From Candidatus Zambryskibacteria bacterium RIFCSPLOWO2_02_FULL_51_21 (GTDB taxonomy: Bacteria; Patescibacteriota; Minisyncoccia; Phycocordibacterales; Zambryskibacteraceae): a stretch of 64,000 nucleotides of DNA. A program made the translations under genes and the position numbers. Of the stretch, positions 47,432 through 56,357 are shown piece by piece. A model generated the notes under the pieces. It was not told the DNA's origin. It was given only the letters and a program-made list of their open reading frames with translations, and did not search any database. Location: assembly GCA_001824255.1 (NCBI GenBank), contig MHWQ01000002.1:57298-121297 (forward strand), written 5' to 3'. Each line of letters opens with the position of its first letter. Position 1 is the first letter of the stretch.

Positions 47432-48898
47432 CTACTTCGTAACCAAGGTTACCGCTTCAAGCACGTCGCCCGGCGCTATCTCAAGCTTCGATTCTATAAG
47501 TCCGCCGAACTCCGTTCCCTCAAGCACTTCCGAAGTCTTGATTTTGGCTTGCTGGAGTTCGCGCACATGACCCTTGCCGACCTCAGTCTCGCGGCGGATG
47601 ATTCGCACGGATGTGCCGGCGCCAATCCTGCCTTCAAGCACTCGCGCGCCCAGAACCTGCTTGTCCTTGTCGGCGCTGAAAAGCTTCAAAACCTTGGCTT
47701 TGCCCGTTATTTCCTCAACCTCGATTCTCGGCTCCTTTTCTTCCAGAAGAATTTTCAATTTATCGGTAAGTTCATAAATAATATCGAAGAGGGCAATAGT
47801 GACTCCAGAGCGCTCCGCAAGCGCGGCCGCGGCCGAATCGGCCTTGGTATGGAAGCCGAGTATGAGCGTACCGGGAGTTGAGACAGCCGACTTCACATCG
47901 TGTTCGCTCACACTGCCTACTCCTGAGAGAATCACCTTGGGCACGATTCTCTCTCGCGAGAGTTTGGTAATCTGCGACTCGACCGCTTCAAGGCTTCCGG
48001 CCGTGTCGGCCTTGATAATTATTGGAAGCGCTATTACTCCTTCGATAATTTCTGCATTTCGGATTTCGGATTTCGTGCTCTGAGCTTCCGCCGCGTAGGC
48101 AAGTGCCTCTTCTTTCTTCAAAAATGTTTTGAACTCGCGGCCGGAAAGGGGAAGCGTTTCCCAGCCGATAATTTGAACGGGAGAAGAGAATGAGAGTTCC
48201 TCGACTTGCTCGCCTTCGGCATCAAGCAAATAGCGCAATGGCGCGAATGTTCCGGCGGATGCGGCAAACATGCCCTTGCGCACGGTGCCGTTTTTGATAA
48301 CAGCGACGGAGCTTATGCCGCGCTTGGGGTCGAGCTTGCTTTCGATAATGACGCCCTCGCCCGCCGCTTCCGGGTCAGCCTTGAGCCCGAGCACATCGGC
48401 CTGGAGGAGAATCATGTCGAGAAGCTCGTCCACGCCGTTACCGGTCTTGGCCGAGAGCGGCACGCAGGAGATGTCGCCGCCGTAGCCCTCGACGTAAATG
48501 CCGTTTTCCGCCAAGTTTTGCTTGGTGCGGTCGAGGTCGGCATTGGGCTTATCCATTTTGCTCACCGCGACGATGTATGGGATGGCCGCTTCCTGAATAT
48601 GTTTGTAAACTTCGAGCGTTTGCGGCTTAACTCCGTCTTCTCCGGAGACGACAAGCACCGCGATATCGGTAGCGTTGGCGCCTTTTGTGCGTACGCCGGC
48701 AAAGGCTTCGTGGCCGGGCGTGTCGAGGAAGGTGATTTTCCTCCCGTCGGCGCGCATGACCTCGTAAGCGCTGATATGCTGAGTGATACCGCCGGCTTCT
48801 TTCTCGACGATATTCGATTTCCTGATGAAATCAAGAAGCGTCGACTTGCCGTGGTCGATGTGGCCGAAAATGCCTACTACCGGAGGGCGTGGCTGCAT
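47432..48898 (-). CDS. infB: Translation initiation factor IF-2 (no N-terminal domain)
   Basis: [41 protein letters not shown]. Confidence 0.96.
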   Translation of the reverse strand: MQPRPPVVGIFGHIDHGKSTLLDFIRKSNIVEKEAGGITQHISAYEVMRADGRKITFLDTPGHEAFAGVRTKGANATDIAVLVVSGEDGVKPQTLEVYKHIQEAAIPYIVAVSKMDKPNADLDRTKQNLAENGIYVEGYGGDISCVPLSAKTGNGVDELLDMILLQADVLGLKADPEAAGEGVIIESKLDPKRGISSVAVIKNGTVRKGMFAASAGTFAPLRYLLDAEGEQVEELSFSSPVQIIGWETLPLSGREFKTFLKKEEALAYAAEAQSTKSEIRNAEIIEGVIALPIIIKADTAGSLEAVESQITKLSRERIVPKVILSGVGSVSEHDVKSAVSTPGTLILGFHTKADSAAAALAERSGVTIALFDIIYELTDKLKILLEEKEPRIEVEEITGKAKVLKLFSADKDKQVLGARVLEGRIGAGTSVRIIRRETEVGKGHVRELQQAKIKTSEVLEGTEFGGLIESKLEIAPGDVLEAVTLVTK

Positions 48899-48937
48899 TG
48901 CTTTGCTAGATTAGCATAAAATCACTATGATTACCGC

Positions 48938-49927
48938 ATGGAATGGCTGAAGAATATATTCGGGCAAAAGAACAAGAGAATCTACCTCGACTACGCGGCG
49001 GCGACGCCGGTTTTGCCGGAAGTTCGCAAGGAAATGGAGAAATATTTTTCCAAAGACTTTTATAATCCCAACGCCATTTACGAAGAAGGGGAGAAGGTCA
49101 GAAAAGAGGTGGAAGAATATAGAGCAAAAATAGCGAAGCTCATTGGTTCCGCCAGTAAAGATATTATCTTTACTGGCGGCGGCACTGAAGCAAACGTAAT
49201 GGCAATCCGCGGAGTAAAACCGGGGCGGATTGTGTTTGACGGAGAGGTGCATCCTTCTGTACAAGAGGCTGCCAAAAATATGGCTGGTCAGGAAGTTGTT
49301 CTCGTATCAAGTGTCACTACAGACAACAAGCTAGGGCGCGCAATTCGCGAGAAGAAGAGAAAAACCGGCAAAGAATATCCGCTTCTCCATATCGACGCTT
49401 CACAAACCGCGGCTTACTACAACGTAGGGCTTGAGGCGCTGGCCTGCGACCTGCTGACTCTCGATTCCGCCAAGCTCTATGGGCCGAAAGGCTGCGGCGC
49501 ACTAGTAGTGCGCCGCAGCGCCCAGATAAGTCTGCCGCCGCCCGGCACTCCTGCCGTGCCTCTCATCGCCGGATTCGCGAAAGCTCTGGAAATCGCGGTC
49601 CGGGATAGGGAAGCGGAGTATAAACGTCTTGATTCTTTGAGCGCATGGTTTGCCGGAGAGATTCTGCGCTCATTGCCCCGGGCGGAAGCGGTTCTGATTT
49701 CTCCGAATATAATCAATGTTTCCATTCCCGGCGTTCTGCCGGAACTCCCGGTGCTCGCGCTTGACCGCAAGGGAATCCTCGTTTCCGCCGGACCCGCCTG
49801 CAACTCTCAGAAACCGGAGCCATCCGAGACCCCGGTGCGCCTCTCTCTCGGCAGATTCACGAGCGAAAATGAGGTGAAAAAGGCGGCAAAAATATTTTGC
49901 GAAACGGTTCGAAATTTGCTAAAATAG
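48938..49927 (+). CDS. Cysteine desulfurase-like class V PLP enzyme (shortened)
   Basis: YLDYAAATP, FTGGGTEAN, HIDASQ, SAKLYGPKG, SAGPAC. Confidence 0.85.
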   Translation: MEWLKNIFGQKNKRIYLDYAAATPVLPEVRKEMEKYFSKDFYNPNAIYEEGEKVRKEVEEYRAKIAKLIGSASKDIIFTGGGTEANVMAIRGVKPGRIVFDGEVHPSVQEAAKNMAGQEVVLVSSVTTDNKLGRAIREKKRKTGKEYPLLHIDASQTAAYYNVGLEALACDLLTLDSAKLYGPKGCGALVVRRSAQISLPPPGTPAVPLIAGFAKALEIAVRDREAEYKRLDSLSAWFAGEILRSLPRAEAVLISPNIINVSIPGVLPELPVLALDRKGILVSAGPACNSQKPEPSETPVRLSLGRFTSENEVKKAAKIFCETVRNLLK

Positions 49928-49945
49928 CGTTCTGAAAGGCAAAAA

Positions 49946-52621
49946 ATGCAGCAATTCAACCAGTTTACAACCAAGGCGAAGGAAGTGATACGCAAGGCCC
50001 ATGAGCTTGCCATTGAGCGCGGCCAGAATCACGTCAACCCGATACATCTCCTGGCGGCGCTCTTGCTTCAGGAAGAGTCTATCGTCATCTCGATTCTCGA
50101 GAAAATGGACGTGGACACTATTCTTCTCACCGACACGGTGCTCGATGCCATAGAAACTCCGGAGACGGGACAGACTATCTCGCCTTCGTACCAGATTTAT
50201 CTCACGCCGGAACTTGCGCAGGCCATCGAGACTTCAAGTAAGGTGGCGAACTCCCTGGGAGACGAATTCGTTTCGACCGAGCACCTCTTCATCGCGGTGT
50301 TCGACGTGCCGGGCGAAGCGCACGACATGCTTCTCAAAATGAGGATAGACCGCCAGACGGTGCTTCGCGTGCTCGATGAACTCAAGAAAACGAAAAGCGA
50401 AGAACCCAAGGAAACCAAGAAATTCAAATCGCTTGTGAAGTACACCCGCTCGCTCACCACGCTCGCGAAGCAGAACAAGCTCGACCCGGTTATCGGACGC
50501 GACGAGGAAATATCCCGCATCATCCAGATTCTCTCCCGCCGCACCAAGAACAATCCGATTCTCATCGGCGAAGCCGGCGTAGGCAAGACAGCTATTGCCG
50601 AAGGCCTTGCCACGCGCATCGCCTCCGGCAACGTGCCGGAATCCTTGCGCGACAAGGAACTCGTTTCTCTCGACCTAGGTCTCCTTATCGCCGGTACTAA
50701 ATATCGCGGCGAGTTCGAAGAGCGTTTGAAAAATATCATCAAGGACATCGAGCGTTCCGAAGGCAAGGTCATACTTTTTATTGACGAGATTCATACTATC
50801 GTCGGCGCCGGCGCGGCCGAGGGCTCGATGGACGCCTCGAACATGCTGAAGCCACCGCTTGCCAGAGGCGATCTGCGCGCCATCGGCGCGACCACGCTTC
50901 GCGAATATCAGAAGCATATCGAGAAGGACCCGGCTCTTACCCGCCGCTTCCAGCCCGTTTACGTCCAGGAGCCCTCTATTGAGGATGCTATGACGATTTT
51001 GAGAGGCCTCAAAGAGCGCTACGAGCTCTACCACGGCGTGCGCATTACCGATGACGCTATTCAGGCCGCGGTTTCCTTAAGCGCCCGCTATATAACCGAT
51101 CGGTTCCTGCCGGACAAGGCGGTGGACCTTATCGACGAAGCCGCCTCGCATTTGAAAATCTCGCTTGAGAACATGCCGCCGGTGTTGCAGGATGCGCAGT
51201 CGAAAACGATGAAGCTTGAGATAGAGAAAGAGGCACTCAAGAAAGAAGAGAAGAAACCGAAGGTCAAAGCTCGTCTCAAGGATATCGACAAGGAAATTGC
51301 CGACCTTAAAGAGAAGACAAGCGAAATCGAGCTCAAATGGAAGAACGAGAAACAGACGGTGGGCGAGATTAAGGAGGTCAAGAAGAATCTCGAAGCGACG
51401 AGGGTCGAGGCTGATGCCGCCGAAGCGCGCGCCGACCTTTCCCTTGCCGCCGAACTTCGCTACGGCAAAATTCCTTCGCTTGAGAAAGAACTTGAGGTGA
51501 AGGCCAAGCGGCTCAAGAAGCTCCAGAGTTCGAGAAGGATTCTTAAAGAAGAAATCACGGCCGCGGATATCGCCTCGATAGTTTCGCGCTGGACGGGCAT
51601 ACCGGTCGCGAGGATGCTCGAAGAAGAAGCACAGAAGCTCTCGCGCATGGAGGAGTTCTTGAAGAAGCGCATTATCGGCCAGGATGAGCCGGTGAAGAAA
51701 ATCGCCGACACGGTGAAGAGAAGCCGCGCCGGCATCTCGGACCCCAACCGGCCTATCGGCTCCTTCATCTTCCTTGGTCCCACCGGTGTTGGTAAAACAG
51801 AACTCACCAAGGCGCTCGCCGAATTTATGTTCGACGATGAGAAAGCGCTTATCCGCGTGGATATGTCTGAACTCATGGAGAAGCACGCCGTCTCGAAGCT
51901 TATCGGCGCGCCTCCCGGCTATGTCGGCTTCGAAGAAGGTTCGAACTTCGCTGAGTCGGTGCGCCACAGGCCTTACTCCGTCATCCTCTTCGACGAGATA
52001 GAGAAGGCGCATCCGGAAGTCTTCAACATCCTGCTCCAGATTCTCGACAACGGCCGGCTTACCGACGCCAAAGGGAGAGTCATCAATTTCAAAAACACGG
52101 TCATCATCATGACCAGTAACATTGGCGCGCAATATATCGACAAGATGCAGTCGATTGGCTTCTCGCGGGGTGATGAAGCCAATTACAATGAAGTAAAGGA
52201 GAAGGTGCTCTCGACTTTGAAAGAGCATTTCCGCCCCGAATTCCTGAACCGCCTCGACGACATCATCGTCTTCGACGTTCTCTCAAGGGAAGCCGTGAGG
52301 GAAATCGTGAGAATTCAGATAGACATCATTGAGAAGCGCCTGGCGGAGAAAGAAATAAAACTTTCTGTCGCCGATACGGTGCTCGACCTCCTTGCCAAAG
52401 AAGGTTACAACCCGCAATACGGCGCACGGCCATTGAAGCGCTTGATACAGGAGAAAATCCTTAACCCAGTCGCCTCCATGATGATAGGGAACAAGGTGCT
52501 CTCGGGCGGCACAATCTCCGTCGATGTGGTGCACGGCGGACTCACTTTCGACGTCAAGAAGAACGCGCGCTCGGGGCGCGTCTCAAGTGTCTCTCCGCGC
52601 AAATCTACTTCGGTGAAATAA
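49946..52621 (+). CDS. clpB: ATP-dependent chaperone ClpB
   Basis: Clp-N domain, two AAA+ modules ([16 protein letters not shown]), long middle coiled coil with AAELRYG. Confidence 0.9.
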   Translation: MQQFNQFTTKAKEVIRKAHELAIERGQNHVNPIHLLAALLLQEESIVISILEKMDVDTILLTDTVLDAIETPETGQTISPSYQIYLTPELAQAIETSSKVANSLGDEFVSTEHLFIAVFDVPGEAHDMLLKMRIDRQTVLRVLDELKKTKSEEPKETKKFKSLVKYTRSLTTLAKQNKLDPVIGRDEEISRIIQILSRRTKNNPILIGEAGVGKTAIAEGLATRIASGNVPESLRDKELVSLDLGLLIAGTKYRGEFEERLKNIIKDIERSEGKVILFIDEIHTIVGAGAAEGSMDASNMLKPPLARGDLRAIGATTLREYQKHIEKDPALTRRFQPVYVQEPSIEDAMTILRGLKERYELYHGVRITDDAIQAAVSLSARYITDRFLPDKAVDLIDEAASHLKISLENMPPVLQDAQSKTMKLEIEKEALKKEEKKPKVKARLKDIDKEIADLKEKTSEIELKWKNEKQTVGEIKEVKKNLEATRVEADAAEARADLSLAAELRYGKIPSLEKELEVKAKRLKKLQSSRRILKEEITAADIASIVSRWTGIPVARMLEEEAQKLSRMEEFLKKRIIGQDEPVKKIADTVKRSRAGISDPNRPIGSFIFLGPTGVGKTELTKALAEFMFDDEKALIRVDMSELMEKHAVSKLIGAPPGYVGFEEGSNFAESVRHRPYSVILFDEIEKAHPEVFNILLQILDNGRLTDAKGRVINFKNTVIIMTSNIGAQYIDKMQSIGFSRGDEANYNEVKEKVLSTLKEHFRPEFLNRLDDIIVFDVLSREAVREIVRIQIDIIEKRLAEKEIKLSVADTVLDLLAKEGYNPQYGARPLKRLIQEKILNPVASMMIGNKVLSGGTISVDVVHGGLTFDVKKNARSGRVSSVSPRKSTSVK

Positions 52622-52622
52622 T

Positions 52623-52764
52623 TGGTGCGCCGGGCAGGATTCGGTCAGGAGTTCCGGCCCGCTGACCGGCCTCACGACCCTGCCTCGCCACCAAGTGGCT
52701 CCGGCGTTCGAATCCTGCAAAACAAAACAAAAACGCTCTGCACAAGGCAGAGGTTTTAGTTTTG
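52623..52764 (-). ncRNA. tRNA-Tyr trailer: hairpin, antisense T-arm, two helices and a duplicated tRNA 3' end with CCA
   Basis: 52625-52643 equals 52764-52782 (19 bp); 52706-52718 is an inverted copy of the T-arm. Confidence 0.7.
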
Positions 52765-52848
52765 TGCGCCGGGCAGGATTCGAACCTGCGTAGGCCTAAG
52801 GCCGCCAGATTTACAGTCTAGTGCGATTGACCACTCCGCCACCGACGC
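52765..52848 (-). tRNA. tRNA-Tyr(GTA)
   Basis: GCGTCGG/CCGGCGC acceptor, CTAGA-CTGTAAA-TCTGG anticodon arm, variable arm. Confidence 0.95.
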
Positions 52849-52919
52849 AATAAAGCCATTTTAATTGAAAACAGTCTAACTTGCAAAAATCGGAATCTAA
52901 GGTAATCTAGTCTACCTAT

Positions 52920-53099
52920 ATGGCAGGCAGACAACAGCATCTCATAAAGCTCGTTTCCGTAGGGGACAAGACAGGCCTCGGCAAGGGCCACACTTATTAT
53001 TCGACCAAGAACAGAAAATCGGTCGAGAGGAAACTCGAATTCAGTAAGTACAATCCTATCGCTCGCAAGCACACGGTCTATAAGGAAAAGAAGGCATAG
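52920..53099 (+). CDS. rpmG: 50S ribosomal protein bL33 (59 aa, below the ORF-track cutoff)
   Basis: IKLVS...GHTYYSTKNRKSVERKLEFSKYNPIARKHTVYKEKK. Confidence 0.95.
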   Translation: MAGRQQHLIKLVSVGDKTGLGKGHTYYSTKNRKSVERKLEFSKYNPIARKHTVYKEKKA

Positions 53100-53134
53100 G
53101 TTACAGTCTCTTTGTCTGTGACTGGGTTTTTACA

Positions 53135-53170
53135 GTGCTATTGACAAAATAGCACAAAGTATGCTATACT
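53135..53170 (+). promoter_or_regulatory. sigma70 promoter with an inverted repeat over the -35
   Basis: TTGACA-18-(TG)TATACT; GTGCTATT-N5-AATAGCAC. Confidence 0.6.
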
Positions 53171-53212
53171 CTATATTAGAATGTTCCACCTTATCACAAG
53201 GAGTATTATCCG

Positions 53213-53647
53213 ATGGCCAAGAAACTGGAACTGGAGAGGATGAGGGCCAAGCTCACAGCCGTGCGGGAAGCGCGTCTCATGCGCTTGGGTTGGATTGTTG
53301 ACCTGGAACAACGGTTGCCGTCCTACCAGACGGACGTGGTCGCACTCGTGCACCACGTTCTCCAGCTCATCGAGGATCCCACCGGCGGGTGCGACTGCGT
53401 CCAGCATATGGACGTTCCCTTGGTGCCTGAACTGCACGCCGCTCATCGGGATCAGAACGCTCGGGTGCGGAGACTGCTCCAACAGCACGGGCTGATGCCT
53501 ATGCTCGAATACCGACTTACCTTCGGGTTAGCCGAACCGCCCGAATCACAGTTCGGCAGACTGTGGGTTCGGAAACTCGGATTCACGCCCGAATTCTGCA
53601 GGGCCGTACTCAACGGCTTCTGTGGTCCCAAACCGACCTGGTGCTGA
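53213..53647 (+). CDS. Hypothetical protein
   Basis: AAGGAG SD, own promoter, downstream hairpin CGCCGCGACC/GGTCGCGGCG (53653-53678). Confidence 0.6.
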   Translation: MAKKLELERMRAKLTAVREARLMRLGWIVDLEQRLPSYQTDVVALVHHVLQLIEDPTGGCDCVQHMDVPLVPELHAAHRDQNARVRRLLQQHGLMPMLEYRLTFGLAEPPESQFGRLWVRKLGFTPEFCRAVLNGFCGPKPTWC

Positions 53648-53713
53648 ACCAACGCCGCGACCCCATAAGGTCGCGGCGAAACTATTTATATAAATTGTGG
53701 GATAAGTTGGTTG

Positions 53714-53784
53714 CGGGCGATCGAGGAATCGAACCTCGGACATCGGTTTTGGAGACCGAAGTTATGCCACTTAACTAATCGCCC
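53714..53784 (-). tRNA. tRNA-Trp(CCA)
   Basis: GGGCGAT/ATCGCCC acceptor, TCGGT-CTCCAAA-ACCGA anticodon arm; its first 10 nt overlap the miaA 3' end. Confidence 0.93.
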
Positions 53785-54635
53785 TTCAAAGCCACTTTAG
53801 CATATTTTTCTACCTTCCTAAATTCATCCGACCTGAACCATTTAATGCTTTTATTCCTCTTGAACCAGGTCATCTGCCGCCTGGCGTATTGGCGGATGGC
53901 GGTGTAAAGCTTCTCAATAAACTCTTCCTTGCTCAATTTCTTTTGTAGATACAGCGAGGCGAATCTGTATTCGAGGCCCAATTCATAAGCTCGTTTAGGC
54001 GATAATTTCTTCGTTTCCCGCAAGATTCCCGGAATCCTCTTCAGTAATCTCTGATAAATTCTTTTGTCCAAATTCTTCGGTTTGAGCCCAATGTAAACAA
54101 ATTTAGCCTGCAGCTTAGAGCTTGTAGCTTGCGGCGGGACTTTACCCAAAGCGTTTACAATCTCCAAAGCTCGAACTAACCGCACCTTATTGTGTCTATC
54201 GATAGTCTCGGCTCTCTTCGCATCTTTTTTCTTAAGCATTGCGAAAAGTTTCTCTGCACTCAATTTCTCTAATCTCTTTCTCAGAGCCTTGTTCGGGGGC
54301 ACTTCGGGGAGTGTAAATTTGCCAGCCAGAGTATCAATATAAAATCCGGTGCCGCCGACGACAATGGGGTAATCTATTTTCGCCAGTTTTTTCTCCGCCA
54401 GCTTTTTGTAATCAGAGACGCTGAATTGTCTTCTCGGGTTCGCGACGTCGAGAAGGTGGTGGGGAACACTTCCCATCTCTTTCTTCATAATCTTTCCTGT
54501 GCCGATATTCAATCCCTTATAGACCTGCCGCGAGTCGGCAGAGATGATTTCTCCCCCGAATTTCTTGGCCAGCCGCACCGCCAAATCGCTTTTTCCGGAT
54601 GCGGTCGGGCCGACAATAACCAAAACTTTCTTCAT
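53775..54635 (-). CDS. miaA: tRNA dimethylallyltransferase
   Basis: GPTASGKS, SADSRQVY, VGGTGFY, YARRQMTWF. True start is MKKVLV; the ORF-track extension runs through tRNA-Leu. Confidence 0.96.
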   Translation of the reverse strand: MKKVLVIVGPTASGKSDLAVRLAKKFGGEIISADSRQVYKGLNIGTGKIMKKEMGSVPHHLLDVANPRRQFSVSDYKKLAEKKLAKIDYPIVVGGTGFYIDTLAGKFTLPEVPPNKALRKRLEKLSAEKLFAMLKKKDAKRAETIDRHNKVRLVRALEIVNALGKVPPQATSSKLQAKFVYIGLKPKNLDKRIYQRLLKRIPGILRETKKLSPKRAYELGLEYRFASLYLQKKLSKEEFIEKLYTAIRQYARRQMTWFKRNKSIKWFRSDEFRKVEKYAKVALKGD

Positions 54636-54637
54636 TG

Positions 54638-54719
54638 TGCCGGGGGAGAGAATCGAACTCTCATGGATTACTCCGCACGATTTTGAGTCGTGTGCGTCTA
54701 CCAATTCCGCCACCCCGGC
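54638..54719 (-). tRNA. tRNA-Leu(CAA)
   Basis: GCCGGGG/CCCCGGC acceptor, CACGA-CTCAAAA-TCGTG anticodon arm. Confidence 0.95.
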
Positions 54720-54959
54720 TTATCTGAAATGCTTTTTCACAAATTCTTTACCTTCTCCGGACTTAAACCACTTCTCCCTTTTCCTCGCACCTATTCTATC
54801 TGGAAAGTCTTCGGTATGTAATAGCTTGAAGGGCTTATATGGTTTTGTTGTCCGATTCCACCCAGCATTATGCTCTCCTAACCTGCGCAAGACATTATCA
54901 GAAATGCCTACATAAATGTAATTTCTATTTAAGCTTTTTAGTACATAAACAGAATACAT
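54720..54959 (-). CDS. Small GIY-YIG nuclease
   Basis: YSVYVL...YIYVGIS.NV.RRL.EHN.G...ARKREKWFKSG; 79 aa; AT-rich. Confidence 0.9.
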   Translation of the reverse strand: MYSVYVLKSLNRNYIYVGISDNVLRRLGEHNAGWNRTTKPYKPFKLLHTEDFPDRIGARKREKWFKSGEGKEFVKKHFR

Positions 54960-54962
54960 TTT

Positions 54963-54997
54963 TTCCGCCACCCTGCCTGCCGGCAGGCAGGCCCGGC
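54963..54997 (-). repeat. Duplicate of the tRNA-Leu 5' end (15 nt) interrupted by the 20-bp palindrome (copy 2, 54972-54991)
   Basis: Minus strand GCCGGG[CCTGCCTGCCGGCAGGCAGG]GTGGCGGAA. Removing the bracket gives exactly 54719-54705. Confidence 0.85.
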
Positions 54998-55042
54998 ATT
55001 TCGGCATTAGAATAACATAAAAATATTCGGTATAATAATCAC

Positions 55043-55999
55043 ATGTCACGTTTCTATAACGACGCAGTTTTCTGGATTGAGGTCGATAAAATCAAGCCCA
55101 ATCCCTTCCAGCCCCGCCGCGATTTCGACGAAGCGCAATTGAAGTCTCTGGCCGACTCCATCCGCCAATACGGCGTGCTCCAGGCGCTTGTCGTGACGCG
55201 TAAAGAGGTCGAGAAGCCGGAGGGCGGTCTTGCCACCGAGTACGAGCTCGTGGCCGGCGAAAGGCGGTTGAGAGCTGCTCGCCTGGCGGGCTTGGTGCAG
55301 GTGCCGGCTCTTATTAGAACCGGGGAAGAGTCCGACCTCATGAAGCTCGAACTCGCCATTATCGAGAACATCCAGCGCGAGGACCTCTCGCCCGTGGACC
55401 GGGCGCGCGCTTTCAAAAGACTGGTGGAGGAATTCAAATTCACCCACCTTGACGTCGGCAAGAAGGTGGGCAAGAGCCGCGAATATGTTTCGAATACCAT
55501 GCGCATCCTCATGCTCCCGGAGCATATTCTCTCTGCGCTCTCGGAAGGGAAGATTACCGAGGGGCACACGAGGCCCTTAATGATGCTCATCGACCGCCCG
55601 CAGGAACAGGAAACATTGTTCAAGGAAATTATTTTTAAGAAACTTAACGTCCGCGAAGCCGAGGGCATTGCCAGAAACATCGCGGTGGAGAAAGCGAGGA
55701 AGCTTATCGACCACGAACTTATAGAAATCGAGGACCAGTTCAAAGAAAGGCTCGGCACGCGTGTGAGAATAGAGAAGAGAACCGTCGGATCCGGGGGATC
55801 CGACGGCGGCCGGGGAACTATAGACTTCTTCAACAAAGACGACTTGAGGCATCTCTTGGAGAGAATCGCGGAGGAAGAGGAGAAGGTGGAAGAAAAAATT
55901 GCCGAGAACGCGCCGCCCCTGACGGATGAGGAGAAAGTAATGGCCGGCGAAAGCGATGATGACGAATCGCTCTATTCCGTCTCCAATTTCAGCATTTGA
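55043..55999 (+). CDS. parB: ParB/Spo0J partition protein
   Basis: PNPFQPR, GVLQAL, AGERRLRA, IENIQREDL, HTH. Confidence 0.95.
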   Translation: MSRFYNDAVFWIEVDKIKPNPFQPRRDFDEAQLKSLADSIRQYGVLQALVVTRKEVEKPEGGLATEYELVAGERRLRAARLAGLVQVPALIRTGEESDLMKLELAIIENIQREDLSPVDRARAFKRLVEEFKFTHLDVGKKVGKSREYVSNTMRILMLPEHILSALSEGKITEGHTRPLMMLIDRPQEQETLFKEIIFKKLNVREAEGIARNIAVEKARKLIDHELIEIEDQFKERLGTRVRIEKRTVGSGGSDGGRGTIDFFNKDDLRHLLERIAEEEEKVEEKIAENAPPLTDEEKVMAGESDDDESLYSVSNFSI

Positions 56000-56066
56000 C
56001 TTTTGATACCACTTGTGATATGCTTTAAATAGAGTTCAGATAGTTCAGAATCAGACAGGGGGTCCG

Positions 56067-56315
56067 ATGGAGACTACGGCAAACGCAGGGGTGCAAACCC
56101 CATCGTCGGCGCTGAGAGATGCCGGGCTCGTCCTCGAGCCAGGCGAGGGAGTGCCTCACTCCTACTGGGAAGAGCAGGAGGAGGACGTGCTGGTCTTCCA
56201 CGATGAAGAAGGCCGGCGCTGGACTCTGTTCCGCGAAGACCTTACAGAGGCCATCGCGGGGCGTCTCCAGGAGCTCGTATTCCGCTACGACTTCACGCAC
56301 ATCAACAACACGTGA
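56067..56315 (+). CDS. Hypothetical small acidic protein
   Basis: TTGACT-17-TATGCT promoter, GGGGGT SD-like motif, terminator at 56329-56357. Confidence 0.5.
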   Translation: METTANAGVQTPSSALRDAGLVLEPGEGVPHSYWEEQEEDVLVFHDEEGRRWTLFREDLTEAIAGRLQELVFRYDFTHINNT

Positions 56316-56328
56316 AGTTCGCCGGGCG

Positions 56329-56357
56329 AAAGGGAGCGATAGCATCGCTCCCTTTTC
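56329..56357. terminator. Bidirectional terminator
   Basis: AAAGGGAGCGAT/ATCGCTCCCTTT. Confidence 0.8.

Noticed and set aside
30448-52228. Long antisense ORFs (e.g. 30448-31923, 42326-43789, 51077-52228; also 6388-7221, 26936-28240)
   Set aside because: They shadow well-identified genes on the opposite strand, as expected from GC-rich codon bias, and show no motifs.
53690-53710. DnaA box / replication origin
   Set aside because: Only one imperfect match (TGTGGGATAA); no cluster.
54636-54713. N-terminal extension of MiaA; also ORFs 2049-2240, 46263-46451, 46519-46749
   Set aside because: These are translations of tRNA genes.
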